From positions 1 through 62,185 of the IMG/VR virus record IMGVR_UViG_3300047189_000049: a DNA stretch of 62,185 bases; one strand, given 5' to 3'. The stretch's first letter is position 1; the number at the start of each line of letters is the position of its first letter. This document shows positions 27,201 to 36,056 of this stretch, piece by piece. Under the pieces are notes generated by a model, which searched no databases, was not told where the DNA came from, and saw only the letters and a list, made by a program, of their open reading frames with translations. Source of the stretch: a virus (Duplodnaviria > Caudoviricetes). Made by a program: the position numbers and the translations under genes.

Positions 27201-29778
27201 GCTGCGGGCTGCCGCGCTGCTGCGGCAGGTTGCGCGCAGCCTCCGCGGCGGCGCTGTACAGGCCCTGCTGCGTGAGGTTGCGCTGCGTGAAGTCCATATC
27301 GCCGCCACCGACATCACCGCCGGAGGCATAAGCCTTGATGGCGCCGTCCGGGGTCTTGTTGTGACGGTCCCACGTTGACTGGAACTCGTCCTCAGTCATG
27401 TACTTCGGGATCTTCTCGCCTGCCGCTCTCATGCGGTCAGTGAGGCCAGTGTACTTGCTCGTATCACGAAGCCCGGTGTTATGCAGGTCGCCCACGCTGT
27501 TCCAGTTCTTCGATTTCACGAAGTCCTGTACGTGCGGCAGGTAGCGATCAGCAGGCTTCGCATTCCCCTTGCCCTTGATCTGCACGATGGACTCGCCATT
27601 CATCAGCTTGTCGTAGATCTCGGGGCGCTGCCGCTGCAGCCACTTGTGCATGTTTTCCTCGTGATACCCCTCGGGGTGATCACGGTTTTCACGGAACTTC
27701 TGGAAGAGCCCGGGCTCCTCCTCGTTGAGCTTGTCACCGCTCAGCGCGCCGATGCCGTTGCGCTCGGTCTCCACGGTGACGTGCGGCTGCCCCGTCTTCT
27801 TGTTGCGCAGGCTATAGATCCCGGTGTCGCCCTGAAGCACGTTGTCGGAATAGCCGCCAACGCAGTGACCCATCTGCTCTCCCTCGTACTTCAGGGCTTC
27901 CTCGACGGCCTTCTTGCCGGCGTGGTCCTCGTTGTCGAGCGTGCCGATGTCTGAGACGCCCTTCGTGCCCTCTGGCTTCTTAATCTCGTACCACGCGAGG
28001 TCCGAATCCGGGTAGTCCTTGTGCAGGTGGACAGCGGCGTTCGTCGCGCGCTTCTGGTCTGCGACCGCCTTCTGCTCCTTGCGCCACTCGTTGATCTTGT
28101 GGACGTGCGCCACGGCCTGCGGGACGCTCATGCGCTGGAGCGATTCGGGGCGCAGCTGCAGGCGCTCAGGAAGACCAGCGGACGGCGTCAGCGCGGAATG
28201 GAGCTCGTCGCGCAGGTGCGGGAAGCCTAGAGAGTTGACGTCTGGCTCGTTGTATCCATACACGGGCTCGCTCGGGTCGAGCTTGTGGAGCCACGCGTTC
28301 TCCTTGCCGAGCTTCGTCTCGTCCATCGTCTGGAACTCGCGCGCCGGGCGTCCGGTTAGCTCTGTGTCCGCGGCGTCTTCCCACTGCTGGGCAAGCCTTG
28401 ACTGCCCAAGCTGCTTATGGGGAACCTTGTCTCCGAAATTGATGGACGCGCGCTCTCGCTCTCTGCCGCCGGCTGCGTGCAGCGTGTCAGGCTGGTAATG
28501 CAGGATGCCGTGCTCGGCCTGCAGGCGCACCGGGTCATGCTCGGTGCCCATGTCGCGCTGGATGTACTTCTTCAGCGTCGAGCCCATCCAGTCGTTCACC
28601 GCCTTATGGCGGCGCGGTATCTCGAAGTGGTGCTGGAATTGCTCGACGAGCTCCTTTCGCTTCTGGTCCGAGGCGTACCGGTTCGTGCTCAGGGACTCGA
28701 CGGCCTTGTTGTGCTCGGCGATGGCCGTGTCGGGGTCAACGTGCTTATTCAGCTGGTACGACCAGACCTGCTGCTTGAGCGGGTCAATCGTGCTCTCGCC
28801 GCTCCCGGCGAGCCACTGGCCACCCGGGTGCTTGATGATGCTTGTGCCGCGAAGCTTGGGCGGCACGAACTGCGGGACGCCGTCTTCGAGGCGGCCGCCA
28901 CGGGCGCGGCCCTCGCGCTTCTCGATCTTGACGTGGTGCTCGGAGCCCGGGAACACGACGTAGTTGCGCGTGCCCTCGCCGGCGCCGCGGCTACCCATGT
29001 CCAGATACTTGTTGCCGTGTATGCCGAGCTTGGCGAGGTGCAGGCTTGCGAGCCGCTGCAGCTGCTTGCCGTTCATCGGGTCCTGCGGCAGGCCGTGGTG
29101 CTGGGCCACCTGATCGCCGATGTCGTTGTACAGGAAGTGGCCGGTGTCGCCGTACTTGCCCTTGACGGCACGCGCGGCAGCCAGCGACTTCGACGCGATG
29201 GGGTCGGCAGCGATGCGCTTGAGCACCTCGGGGTGCTGCTTGTCGATGGGCGCGTCCAGATCGATCATGTGATCGGTGACGTGCCGCGGGATCTTCACGG
29301 TGTACAGGCTGCCTGTCGCCGGACGGTTCTTATCCATCCACGCGGCGACACGTTGTGCAGCGGCCTTCTGTGCCGGCTCGTACTCAGGGTCGGCGAAGTG
29401 CTGACGGATCTCGTCGGGCGTGTGGTGCAGGAGCGCGTGCTCCCAGACCTCCATCTCCGGGTAGTTGCGGCGCGACTCGGCAGCGCTGTACTGCTTCATC
29501 ATGCGCTGCTCGTGCTCTGAATCGCGCGGCGTATACGACTTCGCCACGTCCTTGTTCTCGGCGAAGTACAGGCCGTGTCCCATCATCTGGGCGCCCTCGC
29601 CCGTACCGATGTGCGCTGGATCGAACTGGTCGAAAGCGTGCGGACCGCCATGGTAGGCCGTGACGTCGTCGTCACCGGCCTGACCGCCCGTAGCGCGCTT
29701 CAGCGGCACAGCCTTGGAAACTGACGACGCCACGCCCTTGGCGACGTCGATGGCGTGGCGGATCAGGTCGTTGGCCAT
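24223..29778 (-). CDS. 1851-aa polyvalent protein: ADP-ribosyltransferase-like, PcfJ-like, ELQSDW module, GP88-like
   Basis: YHGGPH..GTGEGAQMMGHGLYFAEN; LKYEGEQMGHCVGGY..IYSLRN; AHLRMSDR..LDELQSDW; CPNSASCEKEC..VRLNVLSD..FYDYTK. Confidence 0.75.
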   Translation of the reverse strand: MANDLIRHAIDVAKGVASSVSKAVPLKRATGGQAGDDDVTAYHGGPHAFDQFDPAHIGTGEGAQMMGHGLYFAENKDVAKSYTPRDSEHEQRMMKQYSAAESRRNYPEMEVWEHALLHHTPDEIRQHFADPEYEPAQKAAAQRVAAWMDKNRPATGSLYTVKIPRHVTDHMIDLDAPIDKQHPEVLKRIAADPIASKSLAAARAVKGKYGDTGHFLYNDIGDQVAQHHGLPQDPMNGKQLQRLASLHLAKLGIHGNKYLDMGSRGAGEGTRNYVVFPGSEHHVKIEKREGRARGGRLEDGVPQFVPPKLRGTSIIKHPGGQWLAGSGESTIDPLKQQVWSYQLNKHVDPDTAIAEHNKAVESLSTNRYASDQKRKELVEQFQHHFEIPRRHKAVNDWMGSTLKKYIQRDMGTEHDPVRLQAEHGILHYQPDTLHAAGGRERERASINFGDKVPHKQLGQSRLAQQWEDAADTELTGRPAREFQTMDETKLGKENAWLHKLDPSEPVYGYNEPDVNSLGFPHLRDELHSALTPSAGLPERLQLRPESLQRMSVPQAVAHVHKINEWRKEQKAVADQKRATNAAVHLHKDYPDSDLAWYEIKKPEGTKGVSDIGTLDNEDHAGKKAVEEALKYEGEQMGHCVGGYSDNVLQGDTGIYSLRNKKTGQPHVTVETERNGIGALSGDKLNEEEPGLFQKFRENRDHPEGYHEENMHKWLQRQRPEIYDKLMNGESIVQIKGKGNAKPADRYLPHVQDFVKSKNWNSVGDLHNTGLRDTSKYTGLTDRMRAAGEKIPKYMTEDEFQSTWDRHNKTPDGAIKAYASGGDVGGGDMDFTQRNLTQQGLYSAAAEAARNLPQQRGSPQQMIASLKGVKPEEIARSGVHAKFAGQKSVTKDDLADHFEKSLPDLQEAVGGAKFRNWSTKDGSDYREVRMHLPQGKAPWGISNFGSNDYRLRGPNGPVLDETGQPRKFQTHADALMHAHTIGASGGSEGDDFRPPRDYSSSHYDEPNIVAHLRMSDRQDLGDAGKAIRPPLPPKPDITNRPAYNSSRTPDQPDEIPAWSTKTPGLIVHKGLGKQESKYYTLTHAPSGMAVQRNIKSYWGAQKLASIVGPHLDWTKPGEAIQEFYKDPANASANTERQTAFRGATSSSALNDPPEELMAAKRAKAAKDAAKKGIRPPERHLLLDELQSDWGQAGRKKGFMPTPEEIESRIKVDPETGYHEYGGTQHVTREEALAFAKDLAKTSGVPQGPYVTNTQHWTDLGLKRALYEAAKGNYDKLIWTPGQKHADRYNLSHHIGRIQYWPNQKQFFAYKPNGSHAMTRHDVEPHDLHDLVGQEIAEKLLKPENSMPRYHNGDPSVVHELAGQSLQLGGEGMKGYYDNIIPKRLLALAREHDPQAQVGHVKSSDKHTNGFPGLAITPKMRESILKSGFKAYARGGEVNVDEALRVARAAGGKTKFSIMPAAESRGPDPIAPPEHQEGGEPNINHLSTIMNAALAHHLSLPYAQRVANSKHASDTVSRHMGILKDGTPKPLLNKNAKLMKAEAGYDGGKPITLPDGRTVETTGLSLAPSYREGKFSTCPNSASCEKECLGKTAGNYFKLGGGQDLSEFKGPRLSSLRRTQAFLRHPAEFITRLHDEITKAKTDAHYRGSHLGVRLNVLSDIAPKAYKALIEAHPDVSFYDYTKMNFDPIAPNHHYTYSSTGVSQPKGLNDNPHEVENPHTNWQQVRRRLDGGDNVSMVFSHKRVLPAWVHDQETGKRYKVIDGLSHDFRPLDSLQRTGDNEPGMVVGLKNLKATGAMENAAKDSHGFFVHYDPKAKRTERGTLAKDEHGNEIPTNDTVHIAPQTRGRIKVGQS

Positions 29779-29781
29779 GGT

Positions 29782-32181
29782 CTACTTCTTCGCAGCCGGC
29801 TTCTTGGCTGCCTTGGCGCGCTGGGCGGCGGCGTGCTTGGCCACGCGCTCACGGGACGAGATCTCCTTGTCGGCGATCTCGTGGTTGTGGGCGTGCTCCT
29901 CGCTCTGCTGTCCGCGCTCGTGACCGTGCGCGATGACCTCGCGGGCGATCTCCAGAACGTGGTTCTGCGTGGCGGACTGCCGGTCGAGGTCGCGGTTCTG
30001 GTCTTCGACCTCGGAATCCTTGTGCTTGAGGCCGACTTCCTGCGCCTTGAACTGCAGGCCGAGGCGCGAGGTCTCCGCCTCCATGCGCTTGGTCTGGGCG
30101 TCCATCAGCTTCGCCGGGTCCGGCTGCTCTGCGCCTGCCAGCCCCTGCGGGGCGTCGGGCTTCTGCGCCTTCATCATGGAAGCCTGCGCGCTGAGCATCG
30201 CGGCGTCGGCCCGCTTGCCGTCGTTCTGGATCTTGGCCTGCGCCTCCAGCAGCTCCGGCGGCGGCTGGGCCTGCGCCTGCGGCGACGCGAGGAACTCGTC
30301 CGGGTTGCCCCAGCCAACGGCACGCAGGGCAACGCGCTCGACCTTCAGCGGGTCGTAGAGCTGCGGCGATTCCTTCTGCATCGTCTTGAGGGCGACGACC
30401 TTCATCACGCGCTGGCTGTGGCTGGCGGTGTTCGGGTCGGCCTGCGGGGTGAGCTCGTAGTCGTCGAGCGCCTTCAGGAAGGTCTGCTCGTCCCACGGGT
30501 AGCCGCTCTTGCCCTTGCGCTGCCAGAAAGCCTCGGGGTTCTCGCGGAAGCGCTCGATCAGCAGCTCGAATTCCTTCGACTGCGCGGTGTGCATGCGCTT
30601 GTGCACGCTGTTGAGGATCTTCTGGGCGACCTCGACCATGGCGAGCATCGTGCCCACCGGGACGTCGCCGCGGCCTTCGGCGACCTGCGTCTCCGACGTG
30701 CCGCCGACGCGCTGGCCGGTGTTGGCCATGTCCGTGACGAGCTGCATGAGAGCCATCGAGGGCTCTTTGTACGGCAGCGGCGTCACGAAGTCGCTGATCT
30801 TCATGCCGCCGGTCTTCACGAGCGCGGCGCCGCCGGGCGGCACGCGCAGGATGTTGGAGTTCTGGCGGCCGCCCACGTCGGACATGAGCACGCCGGGGAA
30901 GTTGGCGTACATGCCGGCGTCCAGCAGCTCGCGCCACGCCGCCGTGATGGCATTGGTGGTGTTGCCGAGGATGTGCAGCAGGCCGATGCCGTAGAAGCCG
31001 AGGCCCGGCACGAACAGGTAGACGACGAACGTCTCGCGGCGCTCCGGCAGGCGCTTGGCCTCCGGCTCGTTGTAGTCGCGCACGATGGACAGCACGGTGC
31101 GCGAGCTCACGTCGATGGTCACGCGGTACGGCACTTCGAGGCCCGTGGCCTTGCCGCGGATCTTGTGTTCGAAGCCCGGGATGTCCAGCTCGCAGTAGCA
31201 CTCGAAGATCTCGCGGTCGCGGTCCTCGGGCAGCGCGTTGGTGGGGTCGATGCCCTGCTGGGCGTTCTCGGCGCGCGCGGCGGCCGTGGGCTCGGCCTGC
31301 TTCGGGTCGGCCAGCTCGATGTCGCGGTAGACCTTGAGGATCTGCATGCGCTTGACGGTCGACGGCTTCATGAAGATGCGATGCGTCACGCGCTTGGCGT
31401 TCTGCGTGTCCGTGGCGTCCATCGACACGATCAGGTCGTCTGCGTCGACGCTCTCGCTGACCGGGCGGTTGCGCAGCGGGCAGTTGTAGACCTTCTTGAA
31501 GCCGATGCCGCCGAAGCCCACCAGCAGGTACATGCGGTCGCTGTCGGGGTAGTACTCGGTCGCCACCGCCGTCAGGTAGTGGTTCATGTCCTTTTCGAGG
31601 GCGTTGGCCAGTTCGTCCTCGGCGAGCGTCGGGTTGTTGTCGTCGTTGCGCAGCTTCACCGGGCCGTCAGTGGGCAGCATCTCGGCGCGCGCGTTGGCCT
31701 GAAAGCGCAGCACGGCCTCCAGCAGCAGCGGGTGGCGCACCTTCGACATGCCCTCGACTGGCGCGCCGTCGGCGGTGCCCTGCGTGCCGGGGAGCTCGAC
31801 CTTCAGGCCCAGCAGGGCGATGCCCTGCGCCCGGGTCTCGATCCACTCGGCGCGGCTCTGCTCGTCGCTGGCGATGCCGCGCAGCAGGTCCTCGCTGATG
31901 CGGGACAGCTCGGCGTCGGGGATCTTGTGGACGAGGTTGTCGAACCAGCCCGGCGGCGTGTCGTCCTCCGCAGACTCCACGGGCTTGCCGTCCAGCGAGA
32001 TCGTGATCGAGCCGTCGTCGTGCTCGATCTGGATGACGTTGCCGTCGGCGTCGACGGTCCTGTTGTCGCCGCCGTCAGCGTCCTCGACCACGATGTCCTC
32101 GTCGCCGCCCGCGACGGCAGGTTCAATCTCGTCGCCGTTGAGGCGCAGGCTACCGCCTGCAAGTCCGCTGTTCTCGGGCAT
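29782..32181 (-). CDS. Portal protein
   Basis: HPLLLEAVLRFQA, YLT..EYYPD, PGLGFYGIGLLH, PVGTMLA, PQADPN; follows TerL. Confidence 0.85.
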   Translation of the reverse strand: MPENSGLAGGSLRLNGDEIEPAVAGGDEDIVVEDADGGDNRTVDADGNVIQIEHDDGSITISLDGKPVESAEDDTPPGWFDNLVHKIPDAELSRISEDLLRGIASDEQSRAEWIETRAQGIALLGLKVELPGTQGTADGAPVEGMSKVRHPLLLEAVLRFQANARAEMLPTDGPVKLRNDDNNPTLAEDELANALEKDMNHYLTAVATEYYPDSDRMYLLVGFGGIGFKKVYNCPLRNRPVSESVDADDLIVSMDATDTQNAKRVTHRIFMKPSTVKRMQILKVYRDIELADPKQAEPTAAARAENAQQGIDPTNALPEDRDREIFECYCELDIPGFEHKIRGKATGLEVPYRVTIDVSSRTVLSIVRDYNEPEAKRLPERRETFVVYLFVPGLGFYGIGLLHILGNTTNAITAAWRELLDAGMYANFPGVLMSDVGGRQNSNILRVPPGGAALVKTGGMKISDFVTPLPYKEPSMALMQLVTDMANTGQRVGGTSETQVAEGRGDVPVGTMLAMVEVAQKILNSVHKRMHTAQSKEFELLIERFRENPEAFWQRKGKSGYPWDEQTFLKALDDYELTPQADPNTASHSQRVMKVVALKTMQKESPQLYDPLKVERVALRAVGWGNPDEFLASPQAQAQPPPELLEAQAKIQNDGKRADAAMLSAQASMMKAQKPDAPQGLAGAEQPDPAKLMDAQTKRMEAETSRLGLQFKAQEVGLKHKDSEVEDQNRDLDRQSATQNHVLEIAREVIAHGHERGQQSEEHAHNHEIADKEISSRERVAKHAAAQRAKAAKKPAAKK

Positions 32182-32184
32182 GGC

Positions 32185-32400
32185 CTAGTGTCCTCGGTGC
32201 ATGAACGGGAGCGCCTCCATCTCGTCGGTGAAACGGCGCAGGCCCTCAAGAGCTGCGACGGTATCATTTTTCCCCGTGATCTGGTAGACGCGTCGACTCT
32301 CGTGGGGCGGCAGGCCCGTAACGGTGACCTCCCAGATCGGAACGGGGGCGTCCGGGTCGATGCAGTCGACCTCGGCATTGCAGCGGCAGGCTTCAGTCAT
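32185..32400 (-). CDS. Hypothetical protein
   Basis: AGGAG RBS; fills the TerL-portal gap. Confidence 0.55.
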   Translation of the reverse strand: MTEACRCNAEVDCIDPDAPVPIWEVTVTGLPPHESRRVYQITGKNDTVAALEGLRRFTDEMEALPFMHRGH

Positions 32401-32409
32401 GGCGGTCTC

Positions 32410-34032
32410 CTAGGACGGGTATAGGGCGGAAGGCCCCTTGCCAATCTTGGTCTTCTCCTTGGCAATCTCTTCGGCGCGCTCTTCCCTGCGGGTGAGCATA
32501 CCGATATCCCGCAGATGGCGCAGCGCCCCCGAGACGGTGTCGACGAGGTCGTCGTGCTTGGCCTTCGGGAACAGGGCGCACTGCGTGATGACCTTGTCGG
32601 CCCACGTGCGGTCCGGGGCATACACGATGCCCTCGGCGAAGATGTGCTGGATCGAGTACAGGCGCGCGTACTTGTCGAGGGACTTCGGGTCCGACAGCTG
32701 CACCATGAACGGCGCGTCCTGATACAGGCGGCGCAGCTCCTGCGACACGCTGATGCCCGACGCCTTGTTCTCGATCATGAGCTTGTCGACTTTCAGCGCG
32801 CGGCACGTCTTCTCGATCTTCACGACGAGGTCGTTGAGCTCCATGCGCTCGGTCCACGCGTGCATCAGCATGAGCTTGGGCGCACCCTCGATGTACGTGC
32901 GCTCGGCGATCTCAGGGTTTCCGAGCCGGTCGATGACGCGCGACGTCACCGACTTGGTTTCCTGCGAGAACACGCCCCACACCGTCATCGCGCTCGGGTC
33001 GTTCTGCTCTTTCTCGGTGTACGCGGTGTCGACGAACGCCAGCACGTAGTCGAAGAGCGGGAAGGCGTCTTCGTCCCACAGCGTCCACCACTCGCGCTTG
33101 ATGATGCCGCCGCCCTTGGGCTCCGGCCGCTGCTGCAGCTGCCCCGCGGCCTTGTACGGCCCGAGCTCCTTTTCGAGGTCGTGCAGCGTCTTCTCGTCGA
33201 AACGGTCGGGCGCCAGCAGCTCTCCGGGCTCGGTGCGCGGGTCTTCCCAGCCGATGCTCGTGACGAACGCGCGGTCCGGCTCGTAGCGCATCGGCAGGCA
33301 AAGGTGCGTCCAGCGGCCGTCGTTCTTCTCGAGTATGTGGCCGGTGAGGTCGTTCTCGGCGAGGCGCTGCTGGATGATGATGTAGGCGCCGCGCTTGGCG
33401 TCGTTGAGACGCGTGGGCATCGTGCCTTCCCACCACTCGATGGTGTCCTCGGTGGTGGCCTCACTCTCGACGTCGTTGGCAGCGTTCGGGTCGTCGACCA
33501 CGATGATGTTGCCGCCCTCACCGGTGACGCCCGCGCCGATGGACGTGATCAGGCGCTCGCCGCCCGCGGTGTTGGCGAAGCGGTGCTTGGTGTCCTGATC
33601 GGCCATGAGCTGGTAGCGATTGCCCCAGCGCGCCTGATACCACGGCGACTTGATCAGCCGGCGGCACTTGACGGAGTCGCGCATCGACAACGCGTCCTTG
33701 TACGAGGCGAACAGGAACGGCACACCGGGCCCGGATGTCGGCCCCTTGCGGTGCTGCGCCCACGTCCACGCGGGCAGCGCCACCGACGTGATCGATGACT
33801 TGCCCATGCGTGGCGGGATGTTGATGATCAGCCGGCGGATCTCGCCGTCGACGACGGCCTGCAGGTGCTCGGCCACGGCCTCGACGGCCCAGCTGTCGAC
33901 CCACGGCGCGGGGTCGATGTACTTCCAGCCGCGGCACATGAACTCGTAGAGGCTGTCCTCGCACTCGACGCGGTCGATGTCGAGGAGCTGGGCGTCTACG
34001 TCTACCTCAACGCCGTCAACCTTCAGTTTCAT
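32410..34032 (-). CDS. terL: Terminase large subunit
   Basis: NIPPRMGKS Walker A, IIVVDDP Walker B, QQRP, VDTAY, IENKASG, HDDLVD. Confidence 0.93.
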   Translation of the reverse strand: MKLKVDGVEVDVDAQLLDIDRVECEDSLYEFMCRGWKYIDPAPWVDSWAVEAVAEHLQAVVDGEIRRLIINIPPRMGKSSITSVALPAWTWAQHRKGPTSGPGVPFLFASYKDALSMRDSVKCRRLIKSPWYQARWGNRYQLMADQDTKHRFANTAGGERLITSIGAGVTGEGGNIIVVDDPNAANDVESEATTEDTIEWWEGTMPTRLNDAKRGAYIIIQQRLAENDLTGHILEKNDGRWTHLCLPMRYEPDRAFVTSIGWEDPRTEPGELLAPDRFDEKTLHDLEKELGPYKAAGQLQQRPEPKGGGIIKREWWTLWDEDAFPLFDYVLAFVDTAYTEKEQNDPSAMTVWGVFSQETKSVTSRVIDRLGNPEIAERTYIEGAPKLMLMHAWTERMELNDLVVKIEKTCRALKVDKLMIENKASGISVSQELRRLYQDAPFMVQLSDPKSLDKYARLYSIQHIFAEGIVYAPDRTWADKVITQCALFPKAKHDDLVDTVSGALRHLRDIGMLTRREERAEEIAKEKTKIGKGPSALYPS

Positions 34033-34186
34033 TGCGCGGGCCGCCCTTCGGGTGGCTGCGGTGCGCGACGATGAAGCGGGCGAGCGCGAGGTTCTGCTGG
34101 CCCGGGGAGCGCCAGCGATCCTTCACGTTGGCCTCGCGGATCTCCAGCGTCTTGCGGTTGGTGTGGCGGTCAGGCTTCGTCGTCAT
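34016..34186 (-). CDS. Possible 56-aa hypothetical protein
   Basis: Hand-translated MTTKPDRHTNRK...; fills gap, GC3-rich. Confidence 0.35.
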   Translation of the reverse strand: MTTKPDRHTNRKTLEIREANVKDRWRSPGQQNLALARFIVAHRSHPKGGPRNETEG

Positions 34187-34703
34187 CCGACCCTTCCTCG
34201 GCTGGCGCCTCCTGCGGCACGCCCTTCGCGGCCATCAGGATCGCCTTGAGCTGGGAGCGCTGCTCGACGCTGAGCTTGCGCGCGTCGATGGCTGGCAGCG
34301 CCACGGTCTCGATGGGCTTGCCGTCCTTTCCCGTGACCTCGGTCTTCGTGGTCTCCGCCCACTTGCCGCGGGCTTTGAGCACGAGCGTCGCGGCCTTGAT
34401 GAAGTCCTTGTGGTTCGGGTCGACGGCAACGCCAGCGACGTTCGAGCCCACGCGGAACAGCAGGTCGACCTTGCCGAGCTCCATGTCGTCCATGTAGTAC
34501 TTGCACAGCGTCGTTTTCTTGATGCCGGTGACCAGCGACACCTCGGCCTGCGACAGACCGAGCGCGATGGCCATGCGCACCTGCCGGCGCGTGTAGTCGG
34601 TGGGGACGTGCGGGGGCACGCCGCGGTGCTTGACCGGCTGCTCGCGCAGCGGCCACACGGTGCCCTTTTTCGTCGCCTTGAGCTTGACTTTCTTGGCTGC
34701 CAT
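34170..34703 (-). CDS. terS: Terminase small subunit
   Basis: HTH (GLSQAEVSLVTGIKKTTLCKYY), EVTGKDGKPI; upstream of TerL. Confidence 0.75.
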   Translation of the reverse strand: MAAKKVKLKATKKGTVWPLREQPVKHRGVPPHVPTDYTRRQVRMAIALGLSQAEVSLVTGIKKTTLCKYYMDDMELGKVDLLFRVGSNVAGVAVDPNHKDFIKAATLVLKARGKWAETTKTEVTGKDGKPIETVALPAIDARKLSVEQRSQLKAILMAAKGVPQEAPAEEGSDDDEA

Positions 34704-34877
34704 GGGGTGAGTCTAGGGCTGCGCCCCGGGTTTGTCGAATCCCTCAGTGCACAGCCACGAGGCGCCGGTGGATCCACTGGTTGACGTGCCAGAACTCCAC
34801 GACGGACACCTCGCGCAGCCACACGGACACGTAGTACCGCCGGGGGTTCACTCGTGCTGCAGAATCGGGTGGGCACA

Positions 34878-35066
34878 TCAGGCTGTCTCCAGTGGGTTGA
34901 TTCGTGGCAGTGGCTTGACTTCGTCGACGTTGGCGCTGAAGCACTTGCCGCAGCGCTGCGCGATATCTCGCACGCGAGCTTGCCTGCCATTCTTCACGAC
35001 CACAACCCAGACGAGCTGGGCAACGGACGTGCCAACGTGCTGGCAGGAGCGGCAGTAGACGTTCAT
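34878..35066 (-). CDS. Small zinc-ribbon protein
   Basis: CRSC...RCGKC; ATGA coupling. Confidence 0.45.
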   Translation of the reverse strand: MNVYCRSCQHVGTSVAQLVWVVVVKNGRQARVRDIAQRCGKCFSANVDEVKPLPRINPLETA

Positions 35067-35284
35067 GCAGGCGGAACGGGCGGCTGGCTTGCGATCTCGA
35101 GCGCCCGGCGCAGCCTCACGATCTCGTCGCCGTACGCGTTCACCGTGGCGGCCAGCCTCTGGATGGCGAGCGCGGCCTCCGGCCCGTTCGGGTTCACGTA
35201 GTGCTCGCCGGCGTACACGACCAGATCCTTCGTGCGCGACATGAGCTGGCCGCACAGCGGGCCGAGGTTGATGACCTCAGTCAC
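35063..35284 (-). CDS. Hypothetical protein
   Basis: Coupled ORF. Confidence 0.5.
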   Translation of the reverse strand: MTEVINLGPLCGQLMSRTKDLVVYAGEHYVNPNGPEAALAIQRLAATVNAYGDEIVRLRRALEIASQPPVPPA

Positions 35285-35399
35285 GGGATTCTGCCCACGC
35301 CACGAGTCCTACGAGGACAATCAGCACGCTCCCGGCGATGACGTGCCCGGTGGCGAACATCACGATGGATGCGATGGTCAGTGCGGTGTCGTCGGTCAT
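35277..35399 (-). CDS. 40-aa membrane peptide
   Basis: MTDDTALTIASIVMFATGHVIAGSVLIVLVGLVAWAESRD; GGAG RBS. Confidence 0.45.
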   Translation of the reverse strand: MTDDTALTIASIVMFATGHVIAGSVLIVLVGLVAWAESRD

Positions 35400-35429
35400 G
35401 TCGGTTCTCCGTTGTCAGACCAGAAGTAT

Positions 35430-36056
35430 TCATACTGCAAGCTCCTTCAGATAAATATGCTTCCCCGGCACCTCGATGCGCGTGGCCTCGCCGTTAGCTA
35501 CCGCCGCACGCAGTTCCAGATGAAACGGGAACTTTGTTTGGTGCAGGTTGCGATCTGGGTATTTCTTGCCCTTCCACATCAGGTGCCTCCGCTTGGCGGT
35601 GGTGCCAAGGTACTTAAAGCCCGTGGCACGATAGATCACCCCCGCATGACCGGCAGCGGGATCAGCGTAGCTCAGTATCCGCTTGATGCCTGTGCGCCGA
35701 AGGATGCGAAACATTACAGCCAAAACACGGGATTCGGAGTTTCGCGGCAGATCGTCAGACAGGCAGAACCGGCGCAACTCAACCAGCCCGTCAGCCCCGT
35801 ATTTAGCAGCCACGTTGTATGCAGCAGGAGCGCCGAAGATAGCGCCGCCGTGCAGTTCTCCGCCAACATGGACAGAAAAGAAATGAGAGCCAGTGATACC
35901 GAATACGCTGTGCGAATAGTGTTGACGTTCAATGAACGCCTTTATGTCGGACAGCTTGCACGCTCGAACATGGAGCGGGTAGGTCGGAATCGAACCGCCG
36001 TTAGCAAGCGGGAAAGCCTGCTGTTCTGCCACTGAACTACACCCGCGTAAAGTCAT
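35430..36056 (-). CDS. mom: Mom-like (GNAT-fold) DNA adenine hypermodification enzyme
   Basis: FIERQHYSH, ELRRFCL, PRNSESR, ILSYADP..GHAGVIYRATGFKYLG, GKHIY; ATG 36056 overlaps upstream TGA. Confidence 0.8.
   Translation of the reverse strand: MTLRGCSSVAEQQAFPLANGGSIPTYPLHVRACKLSDIKAFIERQHYSHSVFGITGSHFFSVHVGGELHGGAIFGAPAAYNVAAKYGADGLVELRRFCLSDDLPRNSESRVLAVMFRILRRTGIKRILSYADPAAGHAGVIYRATGFKYLGTTAKRRHLMWKGKKYPDRNLHQTKFPFHLELRAAVANGEATRIEVPGKHIYLKELAV
35971..36046 (-). tRNA. Atypical tRNA-Gly-like RNA embedded in the mom-like coding sequence
   Basis: GCGGGTG TA GTTC AGTGGCA GAAC A GCAGG CTTTCCCG CTTGC TAAC GGCGG TTCGATT CCGACC TACCCGC T CCA: cloverleaf, U73, encoded CCA; 8-nt anticodon loop and bulged T-stem. 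Confidence 0.8.

Noticed and set aside
29755-32424. 889-aa plus-strand ORF and the many other long antisense or alternate-frame ORFs
   Set aside because: Shadows of portal and other genes, expected in high-GC DNA
35971-36046. tRNA as attP or prophage integration scar
   Set aside because: No integrase, no duplicated 3' half, full-length and in frame within a phage gene
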